DNA of 64,000 nt, taken from positions 615,979 through 679,978 of the forward strand of contig NMRA01000091.1 of assembly GCA_002633005.1 (NCBI GenBank). Reading direction: 5' to 3'. The notes under the pieces are model-generated. The model made no database searches, had not been told where the DNA came from, and saw only the letters and a program-made list of their open reading frames with translations. Both the position numbers and the translations under genes were made by a program. The stretch's first letter is position 1. Every line of letters starts with the position of its first letter. This document shows, in pieces, positions 51,187-64,000 of this stretch. Origin of the DNA: Phoronis australis. Taxonomy: Eukaryota; Animalia; Phoronida.

Positions 51187-51831
51187 CTTGATTTTTTCTC
51201 ATCATGCCCCTTTGAGATCTCGGTAAAAGTGTCCTAATTTAACCGACAAGATCGACCAGCCAATGCGCTCCATAATTGATCATGGGTGGTTTTCAGGCTA
51301 AAACGAGTTGGTGACAATCCAGGGTGTATTCGAAATGGCATGAATGCAGCATAGTGATGATCCGTTCGTTTTCTTTCGAAAATTATCAGTTTCCATAGAA
51401 CCCACTCTCCTGTCCGTTTGTAAACTTTTTGAATCGATTTGACTACTAAGTACTCTACCAAAATTAAATATCCAATATGCTGGACGTAACAGCAGAAACG
51501 CGTATTCAAGAAATGCGCAGACGAGAATGATAATTTTCACACATCCTTTACGGAAGAATTTGTTGGCTGGACTGAAATGGTATCTTTAATTTATTTTCCC
51601 TTGTTTTATCGCATTCATCACTTCCATAGTAATTCAAGAATAGATCTTGCGCCCGAGTACATGTACTAGTGAGTGTAGTTTGGAGGTTGACATTTCTGAA
51701 CTCGAATAAGCACAGTTTGTTGTGAAAGTCTCTAAATAATTTAAGAGTCTGAGTAAGCCCGTTAAGGGCCACTGGTCAGTTGTCAAAATTTGCAGTTCTG
51801 TATATTTAACAATCCTTGTAATTATTTTCAG

Positions 51832-51852
51832 CCCGGGCCGCGTATATGCAAT
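51832..51852 (+). CDS. Micro-exon 8 (21 nt, ARAAYMQ)
   Basis: attttcag|cccgggccgcgtatatgcaat|gtaagt; flanks homologous to those of micro-exon 7. Confidence 0.7.
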
Positions 51853-52181
51853 GTAAGTCGGAACAACTCTTGACAATCTTTAGATTTAACCACGTCTTGT
51901 GTAGAAATCAACTTTTGATATGTTGGGTCTTGTAGAATCTTAGGAAACTGGTGTTCAGAAGAACTGTTAGTTCACTGTCTCCTCCTCAGCGGGTTAGTTT
52001 TAGCCTCCAAAATAATATGTTTGTCATGGAAACCCCATGCATTTTGTTGTATGCAAATTTAATTTAAATGTCAAGAAAATTGTTCCTGACACTAGTGCCC
52101 GCTTGCATGAAACAGTCCCAACAGCGAATCAACTGTGTTTCCAAAGCTGCCTGCCCATTTGTGGATTTTGTGCAAATACAG

Positions 52182-52216
52182 ATTGTCTTCATTGTTGGAT
52201 CAATTCCGTAGCGTGA
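52182..52216 (+). CDS. Putative terminal coding exon of the micro-exon gene (YCLHCWINSVA*)
   Basis: aatacag acceptor, phase 1, TGA at 52214-52216, AATAAA at 52251. Confidence 0.55.
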
Positions 52217-53455
52217 GTAATCCCTACTTTAAATCCGAAATAGTATTGGAAATAAACGTTGACCATTTCATTCAACGTCACTCCCTAATTTGTGGACCTA
52301 GTTCTTATTCATTTCCTTGAAATAAGAGTCCAGTAATTACGTTATCTTACATATAATATAGGGGCTCATAATAAATATCAATTGTTAGAAAAATGTAACA
52401 TTAGTGAACAAACGTAATCTTTATACGTTGAAATTGGGGGAATCAAATTGAATGCCTATTGGGCAACCGGCTACAGGTCATAGCTTACAGCGATTATAAG
52501 TATTTGAGATTGCAATAATGTTTACGTATAGATTCCATTTTTACAAGATTGTCGCCGTTAACTTTTGTTTGTTTCCTTTTGATGCCCACATTTTACGAAA
52601 TAAGAAAACAATGGATTGATCTCCGAATTCATTCTCACCATTTTAGCTCAAGTGACGTCACATCAAAATACGCAACTTGACCTGATCAGAAGTGTGCTAT
52701 TTCACAAACACAATTTTTCCCGTTGCATTTCACCAATGGCGATTACGTTATTTGTCGTGACAGCGCAATGAGTAGATACTTGATGCGAACAATCTAAAAT
52801 AAGAAGATTCCTGTTTAATAAATTCAAAAGTCTCTGAACAGTTACATCAAACAATCCCAATACTGACTCAACTATGTTTCCTAAAATTTCAGAGCCTCGG
52901 TGGACTTCGTGTAAAAGTTATTGTATCGTTTCTGATATCTCATCTTCATTGCTACCCCAAGTTTTAGCTTTGGCACAGAGCGAGACTAAACTTCACGTTG
53001 ATTTCTTATTATTATTGAAATAAACGAGAACTTTTTCATGCAACGTCGCTAACTTAGGACTTATTTCTTATATGTTTCTATTGAAGTAAAAACTCAATTT
53101 TCGGGGCCATTTTTAGAAAATGTCACAAGTAAGAGATGGCTCGAACTTAAGGAAAATGCACCACACAAGTGAATAAAAAAGTCAAAAAATGAAACTGTAA
53201 CATGCAACCGGCCACTGATGTCTAAATTTGAGTTTACCTGTTTTTATTATGACGCAAATGCTCTATCATTAAACCAGAAGAGAACAAAACACAATGCAGA
53301 ATCAACGTTTTTAAAATTATCTGTAATTTGAATATTAAATATATTCAAATGATTTTTATGTTAGTCAATGTCGTGCAACAACGACTGCTTCCAGGCTCTT
53401 TGGCAAGGTGTGTCCAACCTCTGTAATATAGATTTTTGCATAGCTTTTGCTTAAA

Positions 53456-56400
53456 GTACTCTTGAGTCACGCGCCATCCGATCACGCTGAAGTTAAATCT
53501 CAATACCGAAAACGCAGATTATCAATCAAATTAAACCTCCACAGTTTATCTGTCATATCAGCGGCAACCGTCTCACAATGCATTTGAAAAACGACAGCAG
53601 CGTAGTAAATGACAGACGTGTAGCTCGAGGTAAAATGAATGAAGGGTGAAATTTAGTAAAGGAAACCAAGGATGCCCTATCTAGAGTCACTTTTCGTGCT
53701 TTATAGTGGAACCCTTTCTTTCTATTGGTAAATACGGCGAGCTAACGTTCGATAAAATGGAAATTCAACGCAAAGGTTCACAGTCACTAATTTATTCCAA
53801 TTTGCTGTTAACGATTTGACCTGACCAAATACATGTAAAAGGTACCCGCTAGGATATGCCCACCGGTAATACAGTTGCAAAGACTAAACAAGTAGGCAGA
53901 TTGGAAGATTTTACCCATGAGGAATCCAATGATGTCGTATCTCCAATAGTCATAATCATGTGATCAGTGTAATGGGCCCGGCTTTGTGGCCTAAATACGC
54001 CTGATGTACCGCAAAAGGCATCAGGCCAACTGTACTATTTTTTAAGTATATGGGGGAAGTCTTGCAAGTGTACTGCAGTATTCGGACTACCTCGTGTATT
54101 TCGCAGCCTCGTATTTCCCCTCGGAGGTGTGTTATATAAGCACGCAAGCATCACAGCAAAAGATTAGATCGTGGTCTCAAATGTCAAAAGTCTTATTCGA
54201 AGTTATTCTGCATCCTGCAGAGGTCTGTTTCAAGAAAAGTGACTTAATACCTTAAATAAAAAAATATCTAATCTAAGACCAAAATTCGGATGACGGAAAT
54301 TCAGGAAAGACCGTTTCTTGAACCTAGCTTGAACACAAGGTATTCTTCGTTCGTTTGTTTGTTCTTGATCAAAAACGAATAGATAGGAAGACTAACAACC
54401 AGATTGGCCGCACCCTTGCTTTCCTGGATGGTGGCGACACCTAGTGGGTGTGTATGACGAGGAAGTACGACAGACGTTGCCAATCATGTTCGATTTTATT
54501 TTGCCAAAATACTGAGAGTACGAAATATGAGCAGTGCATTGGAAAAATACACACATAGGCGAAAGCTTGAGTAAATCGAAGCCAATCAGACAACGAAGCC
54601 AAAGAAAATTGAGGGAAATTCATCATAGCAAGAGGGTAACTAATCTGCGGTGACTGGGTGGAAAAGGGCGACTAGAGTATGGGCAGGTACAAATCCTGCA
54701 GAATTTTGTCCTGGGAAAGGTCTGGGAAATAATAAACATAGAGCAGACCTACTTAAGGCACCAGCTAAACCGGTACATTTCTTTCCAAAGTGCCCTCTTA
54801 CGACATCTGAATAGGGGTACCCTTTTCGCAAAATTCCCAACTTACGACACCCCACACTCAAGCAGGGCTCATGGATACCCTGGATACTAGCCTGGTGGGA
54901 TCTAAAATGAGTAGTGGTTGGGGTGGAGGTGGTCAGTCAAATTGGGTACCACCGGCAGAGTGGCTGAAAATCGGTAGTGAGATGGAATTCCTGTAGGTAT
55001 AGATCTGAGCCTGAGTCAAGTCAGAGTTCAGAGATAAGACCCTCGATGTATGGCTTAATATCCAGCAAACGTGTTTCCATGTTTGTTCTCTGTAAATCGT
55101 TGATTGATCTGCAGTGCAAGTGTACAAAACTCACTTTAAAATTACACGTTCCTGTCTGCTTTCCTAAACAAGTAATGTTTGTACTTAAAGACGTGGGAAA
55201 ATTGCGTGACTGCATGCTTTTGCCGGTGCTCTGAGGCTCAATAGACATGTCGGAACTACGTATTAGCTCTGAATGGGGCATTTTACGTTCTTCTTTCTAT
55301 ACGTTAAACTTTAACTTGTTGAAGAAACAGAACAAGATTGGGCATTTCCAAAAGTCAAAATGCCGGCTATTGCAAACTGTTGCAGCACACTGTAGAATAA
55401 AACAATTAGATGAGGTGACATTGAAACACCATGTTCGCGCAAGCTTAACCTTATGCTTTAGTTGAGTTTCACGACAATAATCCACCCGTTAATAACCATG
55501 ATATCCACTCTGTGGCAGAGTTAGGTAAATCCTATTTGTATAACCCAAATGTTGCATTAGCAGGGGACAGAACGAGGGTTAGTTCAAATCACCTCTTGGC
55601 TCCTTCGTAAACTAGAATCTCAGTTGCTAACCCCTAGGTCTGTAGGGTGTGCCAAGAAAGTTCGCAGCTCATAGTTGAGACGCTAGAATCTTGCCTAAAC
55701 TTGTGTTTAACGGAACGTGCACTTAATTCCTCAAAAGATAAANNNNNNNNNNNNNNNNNNNNNNNNNNNNNNNNNNNNNNNNNNNNNNNNNNNNNNNNNN
55801 NNNNNNNNNNNNNNNNNNNNNNNNNNNNNNNNNNNNNNNNNNNNNNNNNNNNNNNNNNNNNNNNNNNNNNNNNNNNNNNNNNNNNNNNNNNNNNNNNNNN
55901 NNNNNNNNNNNNNNNNNNNNNNNNNNNNNNNNNNNNNNNNNNNNNNNNNNNNNNNNNNNNNNNNNNNNNNNNNNNNNNNNNNNNNNNNNNNNNNNNNNNN
56001 NNNNNNNNNNNNNNNNNNGTACTCTTGAGTCACGCGCCATCCGATCACGCTGATGTTAAATCTCAATACCGAAAACGCAGATTATCAATCAAATTAAACG
56101 TCCACAGTTTATCTGTCATATCAGCGGCAACCGTCTCACAATGCATTTGAAAAATGACAGCAGCGTAGTAAATGACAGACGTGTAGCTCGAGGTAAAAAT
56201 GAATAAAGGGTGAAATTTAGTAAAGGAAACCAAAGATGCCCTATATAGAGTCACTTTTCGTGCTTTATAGTGGAACCCTCTCTTTCTATTGGTAAATACG
56301 GCAAGCTAACGTTCGATAAAATCATGGAAATTCAACGCAAAGGTTCACAGTCACTAATTAATTCCAATTTGCTGTTAACGATTTGACCTGACCAAATAAA

Positions 56401-58305
56401 TGGTACCCGCTAGGATGTGCCCACCGGTAATACAGTTGCAAAGACTAAACAAGTAGGCAGATTGGAAGATTTTACCCATGAGGAATCCAATGATGTCGTA
56501 TCCTCAATAGTCATAATCATGTGATCAGTGTAATGGACCCGGCCTTGTGACCTAAATATGCCTGATGTACCGCAAAAGGCATCAGGACAACTGTACTATT
56601 TTTTAAGTATACATGTATGGGGGAAGTCTTGCAAGTGCACTGCAGTATTCGGACTACCTCGTGTATTTCGCAGCCTCGTGTTTCCCCTCGGAGGTGTGTT
56701 ATATATGCACACAAGCATCACAGCAAAAGGTTAGATCGTGGTCTCAAATGTCAAAAGTCTTACTCGAAGTCATTCTGCATCCTGCAGAGGCCTGTTTCAA
56801 GAAAAGTGACTTAATACCTTAAATAAAAAAATATCTAATCTAAGACTAAAATTCGGATGACGAAAATCCAGGAAAGACCGTTTCTTGAACACAAAGTATT
56901 TTTCGTTTGTTTGTTTGTTCTTAATCAAAAACGAATAGATAGGAAGACTAACCACCAGATTGGCCACACCCTTGCTTTCCTGGATGGTGGCGACACCTAG
57001 TGGGTGTGTATGACGAGGAGGTATGACAGACGTTGCCAATCATGTTCGATTTTATTTTGCCAAAACACTGAGAGTACGAAATATGAGCAGTGCATTGGAA
57101 AAATACACACACACAGGCGAAAGCTTGAGTAAATCGAAACCAATCAGACAACGAAGCCAAAGAAAATTGAGGGAAATTCACCATAGCAAGGGGGTAACTA
57201 ATCTGCGGTGACTGGGTGGAAAAGGGCGACTGGAGTATGGGCAGGTACAAATCCTGCAGAATTTTGTCCCGGGAAAGGTCTGGGAAATAATAAACATAGA
57301 ACAGGCCTACTTAAGGCACCAGCTAAACCGGTACATTTCTTTCCAAAGTGCCTCTTACGACATCTGAATAGGGGTCCCTTTTTCGCAAAATTCACAAGTT
57401 ACGACACCCCACACTCAAGCAGGGCTCATGGATACCCTGGATACTAGCCTGGTGGGATCTAAAATGAGTAGAGGTTGGGGTGGAGGTGGTCAGTCAAATT
57501 GGGTGTCACGGGCAGAGTGGCTGAAAATCGGTTGTGAGATGGAATTCCTGTCTGTGTAGGTATAGGTCTGAGCCTGAGTCAAGTCTGAGTTCAGAGATAA
57601 GACTCTGGATGTATGGCTTAATATCCAGCAAACGTGTTTCCATGTTTGTTCTCTGTAAATCGTTGATTGATCTGCAGTGCAAGTGTACAAAGCTCACTTT
57701 AAAATTACACGTACCTGTCTGCTTTCCTAAACAAGTAATGGTTGTACTTAAAGACGTAGGAAAATTGCGTGACTGCATGCTTTTGCCGATGCTCTGGGGT
57801 TCAATAGACATGACGGAACTATGTATTAGCTCTGAATGGGGCATTTTACGTTCTTCTTTCTATGCGTTAAACTTTAACTTGTTGAAGAAACAGAACAAGA
57901 TTGGGCATTTCCAAAAGTCAAAATGCCGGCTATTGCAAACTGTTGCAGCACACTGTAGAATAAAACAATTAGATGAGGTGACATTGAAACACCCTGTTCG
58001 CGCAAGCTTAACCTTATGCTTTAGTTGAGTTTCACGACAATAATCCACCCGTTAATAACCATGATATCCACTCTGTGGCAGAGTTAGGTAAATCCTATTT
58101 GTATAACCCAAATGTTGCATTAGCAGGGGACAGAACGAGGATTAGTTCAAATCACCTCTTGGCTCCTTCGTAAACTAGAATCTCAGTTGCTAACCCCTAG
58201 GTCTGTAGGGTGTGCCAAGAAAGTTCGCAGCTCATAGTTGAGACGCTAGAATCTTGCCTAAACTTGTGTTTAACGGAACGTGCACTTAATTCCTCAAAAG
58301 ATAAA
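53456..58305 (+). repeat. 2.29-kb direct duplication (53456-55742, 56019-58305) either side of an N gap
   Basis: Highly similar copies with scattered SNPs and indels; both abut the gap exactly. Confidence 0.92.
54990..55610 (-). mobile_element. Decayed CR1/L2-like LINE fragment (APE endonuclease N-terminus), duplicated at about 57560-58190
   Basis: KVSFVHLHCRSI...KPYIEGLISE(L) resembles the APE N(C/I)RS..DII.ISETW motifs; heavily frameshifted. Confidence 0.5.
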
Positions 58306-59284
58306 TTAAATTTTGTCGTTGAAAATTGCGAACTGCATAGAAATATCATGGGCTAGTAGCATATTGAAATTCAACACGTTAGCGGATCATGGAATAAGTG
58401 ATTTTCGCCATGTTGAAATTCACCCCGCCAGATGGCGCATGCACTGCGGATGGGAGCCCATGAACAGCGTGAAAGATGCATATAGATTATTATATGGAGA
58501 AGTCGTTATCTCCGTTATCTAGAGCCCGAGTGGGTTTTGGAGAATTATCGCCCTCGGGGCGTTAATACCACATACTGAACGAGAAACATTGCAATGAATC
58601 GATCTACCTCTCTCGACTCGCCTCGGCTTTGTAACTACTTTCAGTCAGAGGCCCGGGGTCGGAGGTCGTGACCTTTTAAGAAAAGCCGAGCTATTTTTGT
58701 CAAATAATGCATTTACTCAAAACGAATTGGAAATTTAAATGAGATAGAAATAAAGTGAATCTATAAATTAAAGTTTAGCAACTATTATAGCTTAGTACAC
58801 ATTTTATCACGCTAAGCTTCGTCCGGGAAAATATCGTCTGCTAAAGTAGGTTACCGCTAGTAACTGAGTATAATTCTCAAGTGAAAGGATCCCGACGACA
58901 CGATACCCGCGTTCAAATTGGAGATCGGTGATTTACAAGTGAGAGAACACGAGAGAAAAATTTCACTGAATTAAAATATCGTTTTTATGAAACTCGATTA
59001 TGCGGCTTATTTTTCATAGCGTATAAATGTCGGTGCAATGCCCTTTGCTGAACATGCGATTGTTGCACGTGGTCATTTAAGTATTCTATTTTCACGATTG
59101 ATGACGTCAACCGCTGAGTGGTGCAGTGGTAAAGTCGGCGACTCGAAACTCTTGAGGCCCGGGTTCGAAACCGGTCTTCAATTGGCTTCCCGCCAAAATG
59201 TTATCTCACTAGTGAGATAACTAAATGGGTTATTACACGGTTGTATTTGCCATTCGACGCTAATATTGTGGTATAATATATAAC

Positions 59285-61820
59285 CAGGGAGTGTACTAGT
59301 ACAGGAGAGTTCACTCCGCCATTTTACCATTCGCCGCAATGGTTACCGGTCGAAACACTAGCGCTCCAAGCGGTGAATAATCAACACTTAGTTAGGAGCG
59401 CAGTCCGAACAATGTAAGCACTGATGAATTCATACTTTAATGACATTCAACGTGCAATAAAATTACTGTGTGATTGAAAATGGTTAGAATACGTAAACTA
59501 ACATCCACTTATAATCGAATGAGAATGAAAATGTGTATTTTAATCAATATTAAAGTGTATTTGTTTTTATTCTCTTGAAGATCCCTTCAAAATCTATCAC
59601 GGTTTTGTTTCATGTTTGAGTTCTTAACAAGGCAAATTATCTTTCCTTATAATAGTTCATACCTCCATGTACAACAAAATTTGAATGATTGCTCCTGGGG
59701 TTCAGAGGGTAATTCCCCCCAGGTGACAGCTAAGGGGGTACCAGGCAAAAACCAGGCGGGCGCCAAATGGGTGTTGACCACCTCACAGTTGGGTTACATG
59801 GGAGGAGTGCTAAACAGGTAAAAACTAATGGGGTATGCCACTTGTGTGTTGAGCCCCTCCCATCGTCACAAATTTTGGTTGCTCCCCTGACCATTGACAA
59901 ACATGTTGCTCCCAGCTCACTGCTGCCAGGTTTCACCTCCACCCAACAATTTCGCATGTGTTCCCTATTCAATGCACCAGGATACTAGCAATGCGAACAA
60001 TTGTTTGGTGTAGTGGGTGTTACACATGTAAGAAGAAGAAAGCAATTCATCACTACCACAATATCGTAATTTAATTTTTTGAACATCCCATTATTTCTTA
60101 GACATGCCAGCATAGGGTAAACTCGATCGCACTCTCCCACGCGCGCACCCACGAGCTCGGGGAGCCCCCCATTTGGCAAAGTGGGCAAAAAGGTCCGCCC
60201 CCGAGAGACAAACAGTCCGAGAAAATGGGACAAAAGTCCACTAAAGAAATGCAAACACGCAATTCACAGTGGTGGTCCCGTTTTTTTTTTTAGTGCACCC
60301 ACTCATTTGTTAGCAAAGGGTCTACATCGTGAGGAATTCGAGCCCCCCATATTGAGTATATCACCACTCATAACTAGTCCAAGTTCAAAATGTCAAGACA
60401 AAAAGTTAAGAGGTACTGAACAGCAATCAAAATATTGACTAGCCACACAACCTCATACAAAACTGAATTAAAAAGACTTGGATGACAAAACTAAAATTTT
60501 GTTTTCTATACCCACTGTTCAAATTATCAATAACAGTATTTCAAGTGATCTAAAGCTAGACCACAAGATCATATTTGTTACCTAGCCACAACTGGGGCTT
60601 AAATTAATCACTCCACAATCTCCAAAAACGTACAAAATAGGCAACACATGCATCAATACAACAAGAAAATCTAACCAACCTTCTAGTAAACAACAGCTCT
60701 TTTTGCCAAGGAAATGCGTTGAAGCTGATAACTAATTTACTCACAGAGGTGTTTGTCATTGAGAAGCAAAATGATACGGATAGCTTGAGTTTAACAAAAT
60801 GCCAGCCCACCATTCAGACTCTAAAAGACCCATCAGTTTCACTTTGGCTCTCTTCAAATCACAGGCTAACCATTCATAAAATGTTTCAATCTGATCAACC
60901 TTAGCAAAATACGAAAACCAGATTTGACTAACTGTCCTTTCTACACGTGATGTTCCAGTACTTGCTTTGTGAGATGATAATCAGAAATGCAAAAAAGCCT
61001 ATTCCACAGCTGTAACATAATTTCCGGAGAACTTTTTGACATCTTCATTTTTGGTGGATTCGGGACATCAAATACTGCTCGGGCAGTGCATTCAATACCA
61101 GCTTGTTCTTCATTCATGAACATGGACTCCTCGAAGTGATAAGAGCATAAGTTGCAGTTCTTGGACAAGTAGGTTGCATCTCTATTCATAAGGTCGGCTC
61201 CCAGTGCTAGGACTCAAATGTCGATCCACGGATATTTTAAGGGTGGCACAACTTTTCACCGAGACCCACAGATTCTCTAACTTGACTAATGGAAGACTTG
61301 AGGCCCTGTGGCTGTGATTGTGCCATGGCCGTGTCATCACGATTCATATTCATCCATGGCCATGGGTATGTTTTCCTAAAATTATCCCTGCGATCGTTAG
61401 AGTGACATTTTGATTTGGAGTGCATGGACTGCAAGTATCCAAAAAGCTGACGATCACATCGTACGTTAATCATAGTCCTTCCGCCGGCTGCCCAGTAGGC
61501 CTAGCCTACACTGCAGACAACAGACAAGTGGCACCGGGACTGCGATCGACTTGCCTAACAACCGTGAACAGAACACACAAAATGAAAGACAATGTATCAT
61601 ATTATTGAATAATAATACTTACCTTTCCGGATACTTAGAAAACCTAAAAAACGACACGTCTGGGGTTGAATTCATGCAACTTATCGCACTGCAAAATGCG
61701 TCCTTCCCCATTGTTTTGGCGCTTCCTGGTTGACCGTTGCTTGTTCACCACTTGGCGGCGCTCGTTGTCGCGGTAACAGCGAACTCACAAGTGAACTCTC
61801 CTATACTACTACACTCCTTG
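59285..61820 (-). mobile_element. P-superfamily DNA transposon relic with decayed THAP domain
   Basis: 31-bp TIRs (28/31 match) starting CA, 7-bp TSD ATATAAC on both sides, subterminal IRs, LCSYHFEESMF..AVFDVPNPP THAP remnant at 60941-61189. Confidence 0.85.
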
Positions 61821-64000
61821 ATATAACTATAAAATCTTTGACAGAGTTTTATCACCTCTCTTGCCGACAAATTTCCACTGCTGTGCGGCTGGGTGTACTA
61901 TTGGCTTGCGAAAAAAGCAAACCTCTTGAAATATCCATGGATGAAGGACATCATGTTCCGTAAAATTTCTGCTGCGAAGAATAATGTGCGGCTTCGAAAT
62001 TAGTCTGACTGCGACTGATAAAGCAGCAGAATTTCGATCCCAGCCGATGTCAAAAAGCAAACATAAATTAATGATCTCAATTGTATCAAACCATCAGAGG
62101 GGCTGGAAGTGGAATTCATTCCCCTGTTTTTAAATCAATGAACCACTAAAGCGCAGTAATTGAATTTTTGTCAACTGAATCTTAGTCGGGATCAAGCGAA
62201 TTCGAAGTAGTTTTCGCGTGATCTTAAATCTGACCGTGAAAATAAAGCCAATAAAAATATGCTTCCACGGATAACACGTGTCAGAGTATTTTTGTAGTGT
62301 TTCCAGAGACTGAAAAAATAATGAAATTGCAGAGGATTTAAAATGAGTTAGATGGAGTTTAGAATTACAATAATTTTGTATCTTATTTGGAAAAATGATG
62401 TCACGTTTAATGAAAATCTGTCACTGAGAATACATTTTAATTAGGCTAGCTTGCGAACAGTGTAGATATAATTGTATTTGTTTTGGCTTGAACTATTAAA
62501 ACAACATATAGATGTAAGAATAAAATCTGAATAACATAAATGAACTGGTACTACGCGAAAGAGGATTTGACTCCGTGCTTTTCGCAGCAAGTCTAACCAT
62601 TTCAGCACATGCCATTCAGAGGCCAAAATCCCTCGATTTTGGGGTCCAATATCGACCCCATTCCTCTCTGAAAAATATTCAATAATTACGCTAACATAAT
62701 TCTCACGCCAGTGGACGAAAAGCGTGCACTGTTTACTCGAAGGCGGTGTCACGGACTGAAATGCGCTAGTCACTTTTTTGGGCTTGGCTAAACGTGTTGG
62801 ATGTTGGATGAGATAATTACGATCGTAAACCAACACGCCTGTTTAGTGTACAAGTTTTTCAAGTCAAAAAAACGAACAATAAGTGAGACAACCGATCAAC
62901 ATGGCTGTTTTAAAAATTGAAAAGTAAATAGTAGTGGTCTTAAAATTTTTAAAATCGTTCCAATATATCATAAATTAGAGAAAAGGTTTTCCTCAGCATC
63001 GCGGCTCATCAACGAGCATTTGGACAGGCGTGCGTCAAGTAGCTCTAGGACCTACCCTAGGACCTAGCTAAAATCTAGCCAAAGTCACATGTTCTCGTTC
63101 ACAATACACGGCAATATCTCACGTACGCACGCGAAGTCTTGCTTTTTAGCGAGGTCCTGGCGTTAGTTAACAGGAGGCAGATTAGTCACATTCTGTCTTA
63201 GGCTCGCTCAGGCGTTGGGGTAACAGATAAAAACCCAAAAGTTAACGTAAGAGTTGCCTCATCGAAATTTCCCTCGTGATGCCCAAAAATTCCACTCAAG
63301 TGATTGAAGAATTCCCCTCGAGGTTTGAATCACTTGTAACTTACACAGGTGACGATTGGAAAGAACACAATGTTAGTGAGTCAGGACCTAGCTACAGTGT
63401 ACAGTATGTGGGCTTCCAAAAGGGTGGGACCGCTATTGACGATGATTAGAAGGTAGAATTTTGCCCTCGCCCCGAAATATTCCCCTCTCAGAAAGCACTG
63501 GCAACTTCCCTCGGATGAACGAGTGCTTTGTTGTTGGCCGGTAAGGTACATCAGCGCGAGCCCACCGTAAAACTTTTTAGTTGTTCGATATGATGTTTAC
63601 ATCGATAGATAACAGACCAAAGCTCTTTAAGGTTATCAATGACTAGAAACAACTATAGGCTGTGTCAACCAGTAAAGGTATAAATTTCCTGAAAGAAGAA
63701 AGGTCAGGGATTACAAAATGAACTTTCTACTCACCTGTCCCTGTTATTATTACGTGGCCACTAGTTAAGTTTTCATTTTTAAGTCGATTTTAATGAAACC
63801 TTCTTTAAATGAAAGTTTGCCAATAACTCTAAAGAACACTGTTAGGAATTTTCGAAGTAGTTGTTTCTACGCCAAATAAACTCGCAAAACTTAAGGCATT
63901 TTGCATAAAACACTGAGCGGTACAGTACAATAAAACTAGGACTTTAAGAATGACCCCTAACATCCTTTTTGAGATCGATAAATAGATATTAAAATTGGAA

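Noticed and set aside
50870-51226. 118-aa ORF with a repetitive tail, and a CRISPR-like look of the repeats
   Set aside because: Explained by an adjacent-unit minisatellite with no unique spacers; eukaryotic context.
52893-52910. 18-nt AG/GT-bounded segment as another micro-exon
   Set aside because: Weak donor (gtaaaa), downstream of the proposed stop and poly(A) signal.
55570-55600. 2A-like GDxExNPGP ribosomal-skip motif ahead of the LINE fragment (minus strand)
   Set aside because: Needs two frameshifts and a substitution to read; too decayed to claim.
57534-58028. 164-aa + strand ORF
   Set aside because: Antisense to a decayed LINE fragment and interrupted by a stop in the other copy.
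59112-59177. Functional tRNA gene
   Set aside because: A and B boxes are present but I could not form a convincing acceptor or anticodon stem; it lies within a dispersed repeat.

Overview
Metazoan (invertebrate-type) genomic DNA with TE-rich introns and two N gaps (2898-3657, 55743-56018). The ORF track is mostly noise because the real genes are spliced. I rebuilt three + strand genes by hand from splice sites. (1) PSME3/PA28-gamma: 9 coding exons at 302-12094, first exon upstream of the window, one GC-AG intron. (2) CIR1: complete, 8 exons at 21242-33100, 374 aa. (3) A gene I do not recognise at 35821-52216: a large exon encoding a putative secreted, divergent VWA-like domain ends in a perfect phase-1 donor, followed by eight symmetric 15-21 nt micro-exons spread over about 15 kb and a short terminal exon with stop and AATAAA. 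The pieces join into one open 300-aa protein with a Cys-rich tail, and some micro-exons show signs of birth by duplication with the exon diverging faster than its intron flanks. This micro-exon gene is the main candidate for a novel system. Mobile DNA includes a young, internally deleted Kolobok element (158-bp TIRs, TTAA TSD, THAP transposase plus KolX), an older Kolobok-like THAP relic, a P-superfamily element (31-bp TIRs, 7-bp TSD), hAT-like elements with 5-bp TSDs, Penelope and CR1-like fragments, several MITE families, and two duplications that are probably haplotype assembly artefacts.
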